DNA of 64,000 nt from Flaccisagitta enflata (taxonomy: Eukaryota). The notes under the pieces were generated by a model. That model was not told the origin of the DNA, searched no databases, and saw only the letters and a program-made list of their open reading frames with translations. Location of the stretch: contig OZ231126.1 in assembly GCA_965153355.1 (NCBI GenBank), forward strand, positions 10,354,001-10,418,000, written 5' to 3'. Shown piece by piece: positions 47,845 through 61,401 of the stretch. Every line of letters starts with the position of its first letter. The stretch's first letter is position 1. The position numbers were made by a program, and so were the translations under genes.

Positions 47845-48540
47845 GAGCGTTGACACACGCGCGCGCTCCTAAACATGTGAACATGTGCACCGCGAAACCT
47901 TCTTTTACTTCCAATCCTGTTTGCGCTCGGCGGTTTATGGGGCGGCAGCGGAGAGCGTCGGCCCGACGGTGAAAAATTGAGTATTACGGCGCCAACTTGG
48001 TATTTCCGGTGCCAGCCGCCGATTCCCGTACCGGCCCACTTCAGCGGCGTCGCCCGGTGATTTCGAAGCCGGCCCACCTCATCGGCGACGTATAAGGCGA
48101 TTTTAACCGGTTTCAAGGTGCCAAATTCCTCGATTAATCTTCCTTCTCATCTTACAACTTTATTACCTCAACGTGGCAGTGAGGCGACTTTCAATATTTC
48201 ATACTCTATCTTCCTCCGTCCCCCTCTAGGCCACTGTCCCGGCCTTCGTCCCACCCTCTCACTCTCTTGCCTCCACGTTTTTTGAAGCCCCATGAAGGGC
48301 TGACAATCCACTTTATCGATCTAAGAAATATTTAGTTTTACCACTGATCTCTGCCTGTAACCCATACTCTTTGCCCGGCTATGGGGACATCACTAACACA
48401 CGGGCGGAGAAAGAGAAAAACATATGTCAAAGTCTTAAGCTGGCATATTCAGACGAAGTACAGTAGGCACAAGGCATGGACCATTACCTTTCACCCCAAA
48501 CAAGTTGCATCAACTTTTATCGTCAGACCATGTCATTCTA

Positions 48541-49290
48541 ACTTACAGGGTCTTCAATCTCATTTGACACGAAAAGAACCTATATTTTGCAAACACCAAT
48601 TCATAATTCAATGTGATTTTTTTTCCTATGAAAGCACTATGTATGACGTTTTTTGTATCAAAATTTCATGGGACTGGGTCTTGTAGTTTGGCAGAAATCA
48701 AAATTTTAAGTTATGCAACAAAAAATACTGTTTTCTCGCTACTTTTGACTTAGAAAACATATAAGATTCAAAGTGCTTTGAGCCACAGATGCTTTTATTT
48801 CAGTTGAGTGATAGATTATAACTCCCCAAAGTTAGAAATTGTCAGGTTTTATCATATAACTTTAGATTATACGCAAACACTTTAAAAATTTGGCAAAATT
48901 CTTACAAAAACTGTAACCAAGACTGTTTTTTTCCGAAAAAGACAAAAAATAATGAATATGATAAGATTTCAAAGGACTTTTTTCTCATATACAAAGAGTG
49001 ATGAAATTATCTGCCATTCAAGACCAATCTCACATCTGTAGCTCAAAGCGTTCAGAAATGAGAGCAGTCTAAAGATGAAAGGTCAAAACCTCAAAGTCAA
49101 AAAAATCCGCCCATCTCATCATCTCATCAGGGATATCTCTCAAACTATTTGACCCAGTACCATGAAATTTGGACACAAAAAACGTCATATGTAGTGCTTT
49201 TATGAGAAAAAAAATCAAACCAAGAGGTTGATTCATTTTTGCATAATATAGGTTCTTTTCGTGTCAAATGTGATTGAAGCCTCTGTAAGT
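48541..49290. mobile_element. MITE with about 50-bp TIRs
   Basis: acttacagggtcttcaatctcatttgacacgaaaagaacctatatt / aatataggttcttttcgtgtcaaatgtgattgaagcctctgtaagt. Confidence 0.75.
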
Positions 49291-50212
49291 ACTCCAAAGT
49301 ACTCCACATGCTGTCTCGAGCAATTTACCTCCATCCATTTATTACTCCTTTCCTCCCCCCCCAACTAATCGGCAATGCCACCCCATCTCTTGGGTGCTTC
49401 ACATAGCAAAAGTTGGGAGTATCCCTTCACCCTACTTAGGAGCAAAAATCATGAAGATGACCATTTTCCTTTTTTCAAAATTCCTTCATCTTCCGTTTTT
49501 GTTTTGGCCTTAAAGTTTCCACTGATTTCCCAGAATTCAGCAAAATCCTGTGTAGTTTTGTTACAAAAAGGACAATTATTTGTTTTAAAAAATCATGATA
49601 TATGTAAAAATAAACTAAAATATCAGAATATAAGTTATGAAAGAGCAAATGAAAAGGCAGAATTGCAATTCTATGAAGAGTAGAAAATTATGAAAGCTGA
49701 TTCAAACAATGTCAGCATATTGTTTTATCCCACTGCATTATGCAAATTAGGTCCTCAAAAGCAACTTTCTAAAAAACGGAAAATGAACGATTTTTGATAA
49801 AACAAAAATGGTAAGGGTCCTAAAATTGGTCACTCCACATTAGGTAAAGAGGGCGAAAAGAAATAACCAACTTTTGCTATGCGAAGCACGCAACCCCATC
49901 TCAACTTCTTACCCCATCTTTACCCCCCCTACAAATCGGGTATGCCACCCCTTTTGAACTTCTTACCCCCTAAAAATCGGCAAAGCCCCCCATTCAAACT
50001 TCTCACCCCCCCCCCCCATCGGCATTGCCACCCCATTTCCGGTCGTGATCACGTGACTTCTGCCTGTCCTCAGTCATCATCTGCGTCACTTTCACCGATC
50101 CACGACTCGACTATCCGGTGTTAAATATTTACCGTGACTGACATATGACATCGGCGACCACGCAGATTGGTTATGGAACCTGCCCGGTCGTAATCTGCCT
50201 TCCCCCTCTCTC

Positions 50213-50383
<171 letters not shown>

Positions 50384-50529
50384 TCTACAAGAGCATTTGT
50401 CCGTCCATCAGTCCGTTGGTCCGTTGGTCCGTTGGTCCGTCTGTGGCGATCGAGTCGAAAAGTGGAAAAATGAGCGATATAGATACTTTCTGAGTAGGTT
50501 TGTGTGTGGGGTGGGAGTTGGGGTGCAGA

Positions 50530-50864
50530 CATGGATGTAGGGGACGCCACGTCCACCACGTCCATGGACGTGGTAAAAGTCGGGCTTGAAAAGCAAGTCG
50601 GTCTTGAATTAGAAGGGATTCAAGGTTGAAAAATTAAAAATTTCTTAGAAAAATATCCTAAAAAGAGAATAATTGAACTGAGTTTATTTGAATACTACAA
50701 AAAAGCCTTTAAAAGGAGGATTTTCATTCCAGAATGATGCAAAAAGTAAGAAAATTACATTTCTTTTTATAGTTTTCAGTTTTTACATAAGTCGGACTTG
50801 AACCTCACTCGGTCTTGAAATGCAAAGTGGACGTGGCAAACTTCAGAGCTCCCCTACATCCATG
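50530..50864. mobile_element. MITE with 15-bp TIR
   Basis: CATGGATGTAGGGGA / TCCCCTACATCCATG; absent from the paralogous segment at about 60800. Confidence 0.75.
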
Positions 50865-51503
50865 GCCGTGCAGATGGGGTTTGGATGCCCCTGCCCACCT
50901 GTCCGCAGCAATATTGTGACCCCGCGTCACTTGTTCTCCTTATTCATGTGGCGCCTTTCTTTCGGCATTTTTTCGGCAACGGTGACTTTGTTTCGCCTCC
51001 TTGTCATCGGCAAATAACCACAGCGAGCGACTGAGCCGATTTTTCAATCATGGGCTACCAAATCTTTCCTGGCTTTGGTCTTAAGTCTCAGGAAAGACTT
51101 CGTCGGTTCTCAATTATTCATCATTCTAGAAAATTGACCCCCAAAAAATCCGACATGACCAAACTCTATTTCCAACCTACCAGATTTCTTTTTTAAGCCT
51201 TTTGGATCTAGGTAATACCGAGACTCTAGGTATGCTGAAAGACAGTCACTCAAGGATCGCTTGTGGTCAGCGATGCCCGGGCTCTGCTTAGCTACATTTT
51301 CAGGTCAAAGATTTAAAATTCAGGCGTTTAAGCTTAAAGTTCAGAATCTTTTTTCACAATCTTAATATTAAAAAAAAAATAGAAAAAGAATTATGTTCAA
51401 AGGATACATGCCATTTCGACCTGCTGCCCAAAAAACGTGGAGCCCAGGTAAGAGCCTATTTCTGAAATGCATTATGTTTTTGTGTGTGTGAAAGAGAGAA
51501 AGA

Positions 51504-51599
<96 letters not shown>

Positions 51600-52126
51600 G
51601 AAAACAGGGACGGATACACAGCTAACGAAATTGCGTGAAGGTAGGCACGGGCTGTAATGAAATTGGCTAAGTAATTATAGTTATTGGGCAGAAGCAGTGT
51701 TGCCAAAAAACCGCACATAAACGCCAAATAAGCAAAGATTGATAGACCGATGGACTATTTTACGGGCGGACCAACCGACATTGCAAGTTATTGAGTCGCG
51801 TGCACGCGACTAAGAAGAATTAAACTGAGCAGTGCAAGTAAAGCAAGGTAGCATCAATTACTGACGAGTTCAGTGGGGAATCAATGACTGACGAGTACAG
51901 AGGCCGCAATTGAAACGAGCTAACGTCATCTGTTGAATTCCATGGCTGCGTGAGAGGGTAATATTAGGGAAATGCATCGTAAACAAGGCCAAGTCAGATA
52001 GTTAAGCATGTAATCAAAACAAGGCAATGTCGGTCTTTCGATCCGTCCGTTTGTCCGTGGAAAAGCACTTCCGCCCGAGTTCGTCCATCGAGTCGATTAG
52101 AGTGATTTACTCCCCTGCTCCTCGTC

Positions 52127-52913
52127 CACGCATCCCAGGAACAAACCCTAGGTGAAAAAAAGGCCAAGTGCTGTGAACCCCTTTGTAATGTTGCACATTG
52201 TACTAGGTATAATCAAAGCCAAAAATGAAAAAAAAATTAGCTTGGAAATATAGCATTTGCAGCTCAATATTAGCAAAAATACAGCATTTTTTAACAATTT
52301 TTAGCTGAAAATCATAGTTTTCATTTCTAAAACTTTGAAGAAATAGTTGATTAGTATGGCAATAGCTGCTGTAATATTATCTTTACCCCTTTAACTAGTT
52401 CAGAAGCATCTTACACAAATTGAAGCTAAAAAACAATAAATGCAGGGTTTTTTGTTATATTTATCTCATTTCTAAGCCCTGATTTACATTCTATCTCTTC
52501 AATCTAATCATCAGAGATTCAAACATAGGTATTTCTACTGTTATTAAACATTTTTTATGTTTTTTTTTTAATTTTGCTTAAGAAAATTTTTTTTCTATTT
52601 TTAAGCCTTTTTTATGCTAATTGGTTTAACATCCCTCAAAACTAGCTTTGTTGGATAAAAAATTTCTATGGCAACAATAACCACACTGCTCAGTAGTTTT
52701 CTGAAGTTTTTGAAAGTGTGACTACCTTTTTCAGCATAAAAAATACTTGAAAATGTATCATTTTTGTTATTATCAAGCTATAAATGCTATATTTCCAAGC
52801 CAATATTTTTTATTTTTGGCTCTAATTGTACCAAATACAATGTGCAACATGGTCAGGGGGTTCACAACACTTGGCCTTTTTTTTCCACCCCGGGTTTGGT
52901 CCTGGGATGCGTG
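52127..52913. mobile_element. Chapaev-like MITE
   Basis: CAC...GTG termini, long TIRs and a 4-bp TSD CGTC (52123-52126, 52914-52917). Confidence 0.75.
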
Positions 52914-55039
52914 CGTCCGCAGCGATGCTGTAACCCCGAGTTACTCTTCCCATGGTTTTCTTATGAGCTTTTTTTGCGGCAACTCTCCCGTCCATTTGCC
53001 ACACGACAAGGGCATCGTTTAATATCTTCCATTACACTTTTTATTTTTTATGAGAACGTCGTTTTTTGGCCAAAGCCTTCAAAAGAGATAGAGATAGCTA
53101 CTAATAAAATAACTACAATGTTCTTAATTTTGGGGCAATTTCAAGCCTTGATGTTCTTATAAACTAGGTTCTTATAAAAAATAAAAAGTGTACCTGGAGT
53201 TCATCGATGCAATCGAGAGCGATAAATGCACGACTCAACAAGGCCGGATACACGGCCATCAGTTGCGGACGGGTGGGCAGGGGCGGAAATACGCGTTTTT
53301 CCACTTTTCAACTCGAGCGTGACGGACGGACAGACGGACGGACGGACGGACAAAGCCTCTTATAGAGTTGCGTGTCCGCAACTAAAAACAAATGGACTCT
53401 CACAATGGTCAAGGCCGTTGCATGTTGATGATCGTTTCTGTGAATGTTGTCGATATCATCAATATCAATTCTTATAGACTAGTAAATCTATCGAGCACTT
53501 AACCAATGCTGTTAAGTATTAACGAGGGCATCAAGCGAGTTTCAGCGACTGGCTCTCTCTCCGCGTTGCTGCCATTCTGCATCGGGCTCATGCTTGACAG
53601 ACATGTAAATCAATGCCAACGGCAGACGCCAGTCGATGGCACTTCCGGTCAGAAGCGCCGCTGATTTATTACTCATCGTTGGCGGGGCACTCATTTGCAG
53701 AATCGCCATTTGTGGTAAATAACGGGTCCCTATGAAAAACGTTTCCTCTTCAATGATTGAAATTGTTTGCTATGAAGCAGACATAGCCATCAAAATGGTA
53801 CCAATAGATAGAGCTCGACTTGCCCAACATTTTGATGTAAGATTTTTGACTTTTTTATTGTTGACATCCCAGTAAATCAAAATAAACAACCCTCCCTATG
53901 TAAATTTTCAGCAAAAATCGGGACAAAAGAGCCATATACCTGTTAAGTGCTGCCTCTGTGATATTGGGGTAAACTATTTTATGAAGTACTGCTATGTAAA
54001 AACAAAAGGCTTCCTACTTGTAGGAGATGGGAAGCAGCTGGAAAGGAGTTCATTGATGAGGAGGAAGATGTTTTGGAAATTCAAATCTCAGAGACCAAAC
54101 TTGTAACAGTCTAGTCTCAGACTAGTCTCAGTCTTTGGTTCAATGCCAGAGGAAGGAAAGATAAACCAAGCCAAGCAATGCCAAGTCAAGCCAGTCCAGA
54201 TGAAGCTAAGCTAGACCCCAAAAGCCACACAGACTTACTTATGCCAAGCCAAGCCAAGCCAAGCCAAGCCAAGCCAAGCCAAGCCAAGACAAGCCAAGCT
54301 TAACCAGAGCAAACCTAGCAACTTGATTTTTCTGATGCATAGCCAAGCCCTTCCAAGACACACAAGTTCTCTTTATTTTCAAATTCTCAATCTTTTTATT
54401 GAAAAAAATCATCAGTTTTTTTTTATTTTAGAAGTTTATCATTCTCTTCTAACTTTGAATACTCTTTGATTTGGACTGTAAATTTTCACCCTTTTGATGG
54501 AATAACAGTAAAAGGAGTGAAATTGGAAAAATCATATTGTTTGAATTTAAGACCCTGGGCAAGCAACACAAATTTCATCATTTGCTGAAAATTACCTCAA
54601 CTCAAAGACAAGTATATGCTGTCGTTTCATCTTGCCATAAATAGGTATAGAATAATATTTTCTAAAAATTTTTCCTCTTAAAAAAAGATAAATATTTCAA
54701 GGACTTTCATTACAGTGAGCTAATCAACTGACAACAATATGCAAATTAGATGTGTAAGTGAAATAGAGACAGCTAAAAAACTTACAACTCAAAAGTCTGG
54801 GATTTGAATAATACAAGGCCGGAAACATTGGTTTGAAATTTTAGTTCTTTTCCGCCTTCCTGCCCACCCAGCATTGACTGGAGGAGAATATATGGAATGA
54901 TCTGATGATCACTCTGAGTATTGTTGCCCTCCGATCATGTGACAAAGTCATTTTGTAAGGGTAAATGTACTTATGTTGAGATTTAAAACCAATACTCATT
55001 TTTAAGACATTAGGAAGCCAAATCAATACCCACAAAATA

Positions 55040-58000
55040 GTGGTTAAGTTATAGAGTGGTTCTAAGGCGTTGCTGTTACCAAAAGATGGACTTCACTGTT
55101 GAACTTATGGACCAAAGATATACGAGAGACCCATGCAACTGAAAAAAACACATTCAGGACATTTTCGTAGGTCACTGTAAAGCTGCAATATGCAAATGAG
55201 ATTGACAGTGACCCTTCTAAATCTTTCATACTGTTTGAGCTTCATAATATGTTGAAAAATGGAGTGAAAGCCCAATGGATAGTCCTCTCTCACGTTTTAT
55301 TAAATGCCAGCCAAATTTCTTGTGAATCAATGGGAGTCAAGGGCATCAACTCGTTAATAAAAGTTTTTGATTGGAAGAACATCATTAACATGACATATTC
55401 TTTTAAATACCATAATTATTGAAGGCTAGCAGAATCATGAGATAACAGTAAATGAACTTGACTGTTAGACTTATGGACCAATGATCTACAAACGACTAAT
55501 TCACCACACCTGAAAAAAAAGACATTCAGGAAATTTGTTTTGGTCACTATAGAGCGGCAAAATGCAAATGAGATTGACAGTGTCCCTTCTCAGTCTTTCA
55601 TACTGTTAAAGCTGTGTGATAGGTTGAAAAAAAGGGTGGAAGACAAAAGCATGGTCCTCCATCTCTTATTGCGCTCTGATAACTGGCAAGATTGCTAGTG
55701 AGTCAAAAGGTGTAGAAGGCGCAGATTGGTTTCTACAGTTGTCTAACAGGAGGAAGTACCTCCAAGGAACAAAGTTTATCAATCAGTGAGTGCTACAATT
55801 TCTCAATATTGGCAACAGTGATTGTCATTTTTTTGGCCTTTATAAGACTGTTAGGAGCAAAATGAATTCAAATAAGACTGGTCCAATCATGAAATGATTC
55901 TTTAGTCATTGCAGATAAACTGACATGGACTTGACTGTTAGACTAATCGACCAATGATGTACTAGAGACCTGAAAACCTGAACCTGAAAAAAAGACTTTC
56001 GGGAAGTTTTTCTAAGGTCACAGTAAAGCTGCAATATGCAAATGAGATTGGCAATGTCCCTTCTCAGTCATTCGTACTGCTTTAGCTGCATAAGAGGTAG
56101 AAAAAAATGGTAGAAGACACGTGGATGGTTTTCTGTCCATTGGTACTCCTTTGAAACCAGCCAAGTTGATCAAGAGTCAATGGTTACTAGTTTGTAACGG
56201 CGTCAGAACGGAAATTTAATAAAAACAGAACATCTGAATATGATATCAAAATTTGTCGAGGAGAGCAATGAAAAGCTTTTCTTAGATTGTAAGGAGCAAT
56301 ATGGATTCCAATATGATAGTTGGCAAATTATGGTATGGCTCCAAGGCATTGCAGTTATAAACAGATGGACATGACTATTAGACTCATGGACAATGATCTA
56401 TAAAAGAACAATCATTGCATCTCAAAAAAATCTCATTCAGGCAGTTTTTAAGGTCACAATAGAGCTGCAATATGCAAATTAAATTGAGTGTCTGTTTTAG
56501 CTGCATTATAGGTATGAATAGTCGCAAAAGGGTTTGATGGTCAGCAGTACTTGTGCCCTGCCCAAGTAGGTTGTGATTGAAGTTGAGGGCAGGAGCAGGG
56601 CAGCGGCCCCAAAGGGCTTGATGACCTGTGCTTTCACTCATGTGGGGAATTTTCTCCTTCTCTTTCAAGACTTTGGGATTTGGGTCTTTGGACTGAGATT
56701 TGGGTGGCAAGGCTGGATTTCGGCCTTCAAGGCTGAATTTGGGCCTTCAAGGCTGGAATTTGGTCCTCAAGGCTGGGATTTGGGCCCTGAGGATAGGACC
56801 TGGGCCTCAATATTGGGATTCTGACATTGAGAAACAAAAAATCTTGGCTTCTGTGTAAAGACACGGAGGATCAACCCCCTTAGAGCAATTGTCCAAAAAA
56901 GGGTCGATAGGTGCATTGGGAGCCGACCAACCTGTAAGAAAAGACCATGGTTGAACATAAATCTCAATAGAGGGTTGAATATTTAATGACTTTTATGATT
57001 TTCAAAGAATCAAATAGTTTTTTAATAGTTTGTTAGACTGTAAGGAGCAAAATGAATTCCGATATGACATTGATCAAATCCTGGAATGGCTCTAGGGCAT
57101 TGCAAATATCAATAAATGGACTTGATTGCTAGACTGATGGATTAATGATCTATTAAGGCCGACCTATGCACCTGAAATAAATGACATTCAGGAAGTTTTA
57201 CTAAGGTCACTAAAGAGCTGCAATATGCAAATAAGATTGAGTTTCCCTTCTTAGTCTTTTGTACTGTTTTGGCCACATAATCATTGAAACAGGTCGCCCA
57301 AGGGCAATATGTGGTCAGCAATACCCGTTGCCCTGCTTTGAATGATTGTGAAATGGATTGAGGGGAAGCAGGGCAGCGGCCCCGAAGGGGACGAAGTCCT
57401 GTAGAACACAGGGGGACTTTCGTTCGTCCTACCTGAAGAAGTTGATGAGATGCTATAGAGGGCTGACTGAAGGCATTCAGAGCCTAAACTGAGGTTTAGA
57501 AGGCTGATTTAAGGCTTGAGAATGCCAATTGGAAGCTTGAGAGAGCTGACTTGAAGCTTGAGAGAGCTAGATTACGGCTTGAAAGGCCAGAGGACTGATT
57601 TGAAGCCTGAGAGCAATAAATTGAGGATTTAGATGGCTGATTTGAGGCCTGAGAGGCCTAATTTGAGATATGAGAGGCCAGGTCTGAGGCCTGAGAATTT
57701 GGATTTGAGGCCTGAGAGGCCAGATTTGAGGCCTGAGAGGAGGCCAGATTTGAGCCTGAGAGGCCAAATTTAGAGCCTGAAGGCCAGTTTTGAGCCTGAA
57801 GGCCCAATTTGAGACGAGGCCAGATTTTAGGCCTGAGAGGGAGGCTGGATTTGAAAAGGAGTCTGAGGGTCTAGACGAGGGACTAGCAGACGGACGAGCG
57901 GACAGAAACGGACAAAGCGGACAAACGGACGGGATGAAGACGAAAGTCCCCTGTCCCTTCTCAGACTTTTGTACTGTTTTGGCCGTATAATCATTGAAAA

Positions 58001-60330
58001 CAGGGGTAGGAGACAAATAGATGGTTCTCTCCCCCTCCCTCTAATTTTCAGATACAATTTGCCAGATTGCTTTTACTATATGTCATAATTATTGAAGGTC
58101 AGCAAGGACGGAAGTTTTTTCTTTGGTGTCTCTAAGGCTGTTAACAGAAAACAAATTTCAAAATGAAAATGATAAAAAACTTTGGAATGACTCTTAGGCA
58201 TTGCTAAAATCAAGAGATGGACTAGTGTATTAGTTAGACTAATATACCAATGATCGACCAGAGACCAATCAATGCCCCTGCAACCAATGATCTACCCGAG
58301 ACCAATCAATACCCCTGCAAAAATTGACATTCAGGAAGTATTTATTAGGTCACTAAAGAGCTGCAACATGCAAATGAGATTGACAGTGTCCCTACTGAAG
58401 GTTTTAGCTGCATAAAAAGTTGAAAATAAGGGTGGAAGACAACTGGATGGATCACCTCCTGTAAGTCTCTTACAACCCAAACAGATTGCTCTTGACTTGT
58501 GAGTCAATCAGTGTGACAGGTTTTGACAGATCTAAGGGGAAGGTTGCCACTTATTTTTCATCTTCTTGCACATGCCAAGAGTTTGTGAAGTATGCAACCA
58601 TGATTGAATTTTTAGGTCTTTTTAAGACTGTAAAGAGCAAAATGAATTCAAATACAATAGTGATCCAATTGTGGTATTGCTCTAATGCATTGCAGATTCC
58701 AAGAAATGGACTGGACTGTTAGACTAATGGACTAATGATCTACAATATACCGATTTATGCACCTGAAAAAAATGAAATTCAGGAAGTTTGTGTTTAGTTT
58801 ACTATAGAGCTGCAATATGCAAATAAGATTGACAGTGTCCATCCTCAGTGTTTCATACTGTTTAAGCTGCTAAGTAGGTTGAAAACAAGGCCGGATACAC
58901 AGCTACCTTAGTCGGGTGGGCAGGGGCGGCAAAAAAAGCTAAGCGTGATGGACGGACCGACCAACGGACCGACAGACGGACAAAGCGGGTTGCAGAGTCG
59001 CGTGCAAGCGACTAAAAAGGGTGGTAAACAAGTAGACAGTTCTCTACCCCTTGATTCTCACTAAAAACTGGCCCAATGGCTTGTGAATCAACAGATGTAA
59101 AGTGCATAGATTGGCTTGTAAGGATAACTGGAGAGAAGAACTAAGCTAAACTAACACTTTTTCAAAAATGCCAAACTTTCTATGTTTTCCAAAGGTGAAT
59201 GAGTTTTTTAGGTGTTTGTTAGATTGTAAGGGGCAAAATGAATACCAATATGATAATAGTCAAGGCTTTAGGGCTTTGCAGATATCTAGTAATGGACTTG
59301 GCTGTTAGACCTATGCACCTGAGAATAAAAGGACATTAGGCAGTTTATTAAAGGTCACTGTAGAGCTGCAATATGCAAGTCAGAATGACAAAGTCCCTTC
59401 TCAGTCTTTCATACTGTTTTGGCTGCATATTAGGTTGAAACAAGTCATTGGATTTCACATGGTCAGCAGTACCCGATGCCTTGCTCGGAGTGATCAAGTC
59501 AAGAAGTAGAGCAATTATGCATTCACTTGCAGATATCAAGAAATGGACTTGACGGTTGGACTTATAGAAATATTAGAGACCAATCAGGCCCCTGAAAAAA
59601 TTGACATTCAGTATGTTTTTTTAGGTCACTGTAGAGCTGCAATATGCAAATGAGATTGAGTGACCCTTCTCAGTCTTTTGTACTATGTTAGCTGCATAAT
59701 GCGTTTAGTAAAGGGCTGGAAGGCAAATGAACAGTGCTCTATCTCCTTATTCTATCCCTTTATTCAACTAGCCAGATTGCTTGTGAGTCAATGGGTGTAA
59801 AGGGCGAAGACTGGTATATTTGGTTGTCTAAAGGGAAGAACTAAGTAAACTCTTCCAGAAATGACAGTATTATTCAAGGTTTCTGAAAAGAGTATTGTTT
59901 GCTTTCTTTTTGGGCTTTGTTAGACTGTAAGGAGCACAATAAATTCCAAAATGATAAGTGGACCAATTATGGAATGACTCTTAAGGGTTGCAGATATCAA
60001 GAGATGGACTTGATTGTTAGACTAATGAACCAATGATCTACAAGAGACCCATCCATGCCTTAAAAACAGAACATTCAGGAAGTTTTTTTCAAGGTCACTA
60101 TAGAGCTGCAATTTTCAAATGAGATTGTCTCTTCTAAGTCTTTTCAGGCGTCCCTTAGCACCTTTATAACTGGCTGTGTCAGTTGGTTGGTCAGTTAGTC
60201 TGTCTGTTGGTCGGTAATGCATTTGTTCGATGATCCACATGGCACACCCTATTGGCCCACATGGCCTTGTTTACTGCTTTAGCTCTATCAAAGGTCGGTA
60301 AAACGGGTGGAAGACAAATAGATGGTTCTC
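55040..60330. repeat. Degenerate tandem array, about 10 units of roughly 370-470 bp, interrupted by HINE-like insertions
   Basis: Core ggtcactgtagagctgcaatatgcaaatgagattg at about 55170, 55542, 56015, 56452, 57205, 58348, 58797, 59353, 59624 and 60093. Confidence 0.85.
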
Positions 60331-60659
60331 ATTTGAAACAGGCAAGGTTGCTCATGAATAAACAGGTGAAAAGTGTATTGACAGGTTAGTGAAGATGTCC
60401 TAAAGGAAGGGCAAAGATATTACTGAGGACATCAGGTTAAGTTGCAGCGAGCCCCAGCAATTGAGACAATGAATGATAAGAGCAGCCAGTGGCTGACTAT
60501 GCCTTGGATGATTTCATTTTTACATTATTTTTCACATCACTGTGAATGAAACTATCTAAAAAATGAGCTAGATCTGAATGGGTAGAGATAATATGAACGC
60601 GAGCTATCTGCTGATATTTGATGATCTAATGCATATATATATATATATATATATATCTC

Positions 60660-61401
60660 TTATTCTACAAAACATTTTGTCAAGTCCATCGATCACGTTG
60701 GTCCGGTCCATTGGTCAATCTGTGGCGTCGGGTCCGAAAAGTGGAAAAATGAGCGATAGATATACTCTGAGTAAGTTTTGTGTGTTGGGGGTAGGGTGGG
60801 GTGCAGATAGAGTTTGGATGCCCCTGCCCCACCTGTCACCAACAATATTATGAAACCCCACGTCTACTTGTTATACTATTCATCTGGCACCTTTAACAGC
60901 ATTTTCATAACAGTGACTTTATTCACCCTCTTGTCATCTGGCAAACTAACACTCAACAACTAGCGAGCCGATTTTGCAATCATGAGCTGCAAATCTTTCT
61001 AGCTACAGTTAAGTCTCAGAAAAGACTTCGTCGGTTCTCAGTTATTCATCATTCGAAAAATTGCCCCAAAAAAATCAAACATGATAAACTCTATTTCCAA
61101 CCTACCAGATTTCTTTTAAGCGCTGGATCTGATAATACCGAGACTCTAGGTATGCTGAAAGACAGTCTCCACCAAGAGATCCTTTTGCAGTCCCAGCACT
61201 GATGCCCAGGCTCCTGCAGCTACATTTCAGTCAAGAATTTAAATTGACGTTTAAAAGCAAAAGTTCAGATCTTTCTGATATTGTGTGTAAAAGGTATGTT
61301 CAATATTTCGACCTGCTGCCCAAAAACTATTAGACTAGGCAGAAACCTATTTTCTAAATGCATATTGTTTTAGTGTGTGTGTGAGAGAGAGTTAGAGAGA
61401 A
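60660..61401 (+). repeat. Diverged duplicate of 50380-51500
   Basis: Shared unique blocks, e.g. aagacttcgtcggttctca, aaactctatttccaacctaccagatttc, agactctaggtatgctgaaagacagtc. Confidence 0.85.

Noticed and set aside
55040-60330. CRISPR array or repeated protein domain (NLICILQLYSDL)
   Set aside because: Units are hundreds of bp and degenerate, the context is eukaryotic with no cas genes, and the reading frame is not maintained across units.
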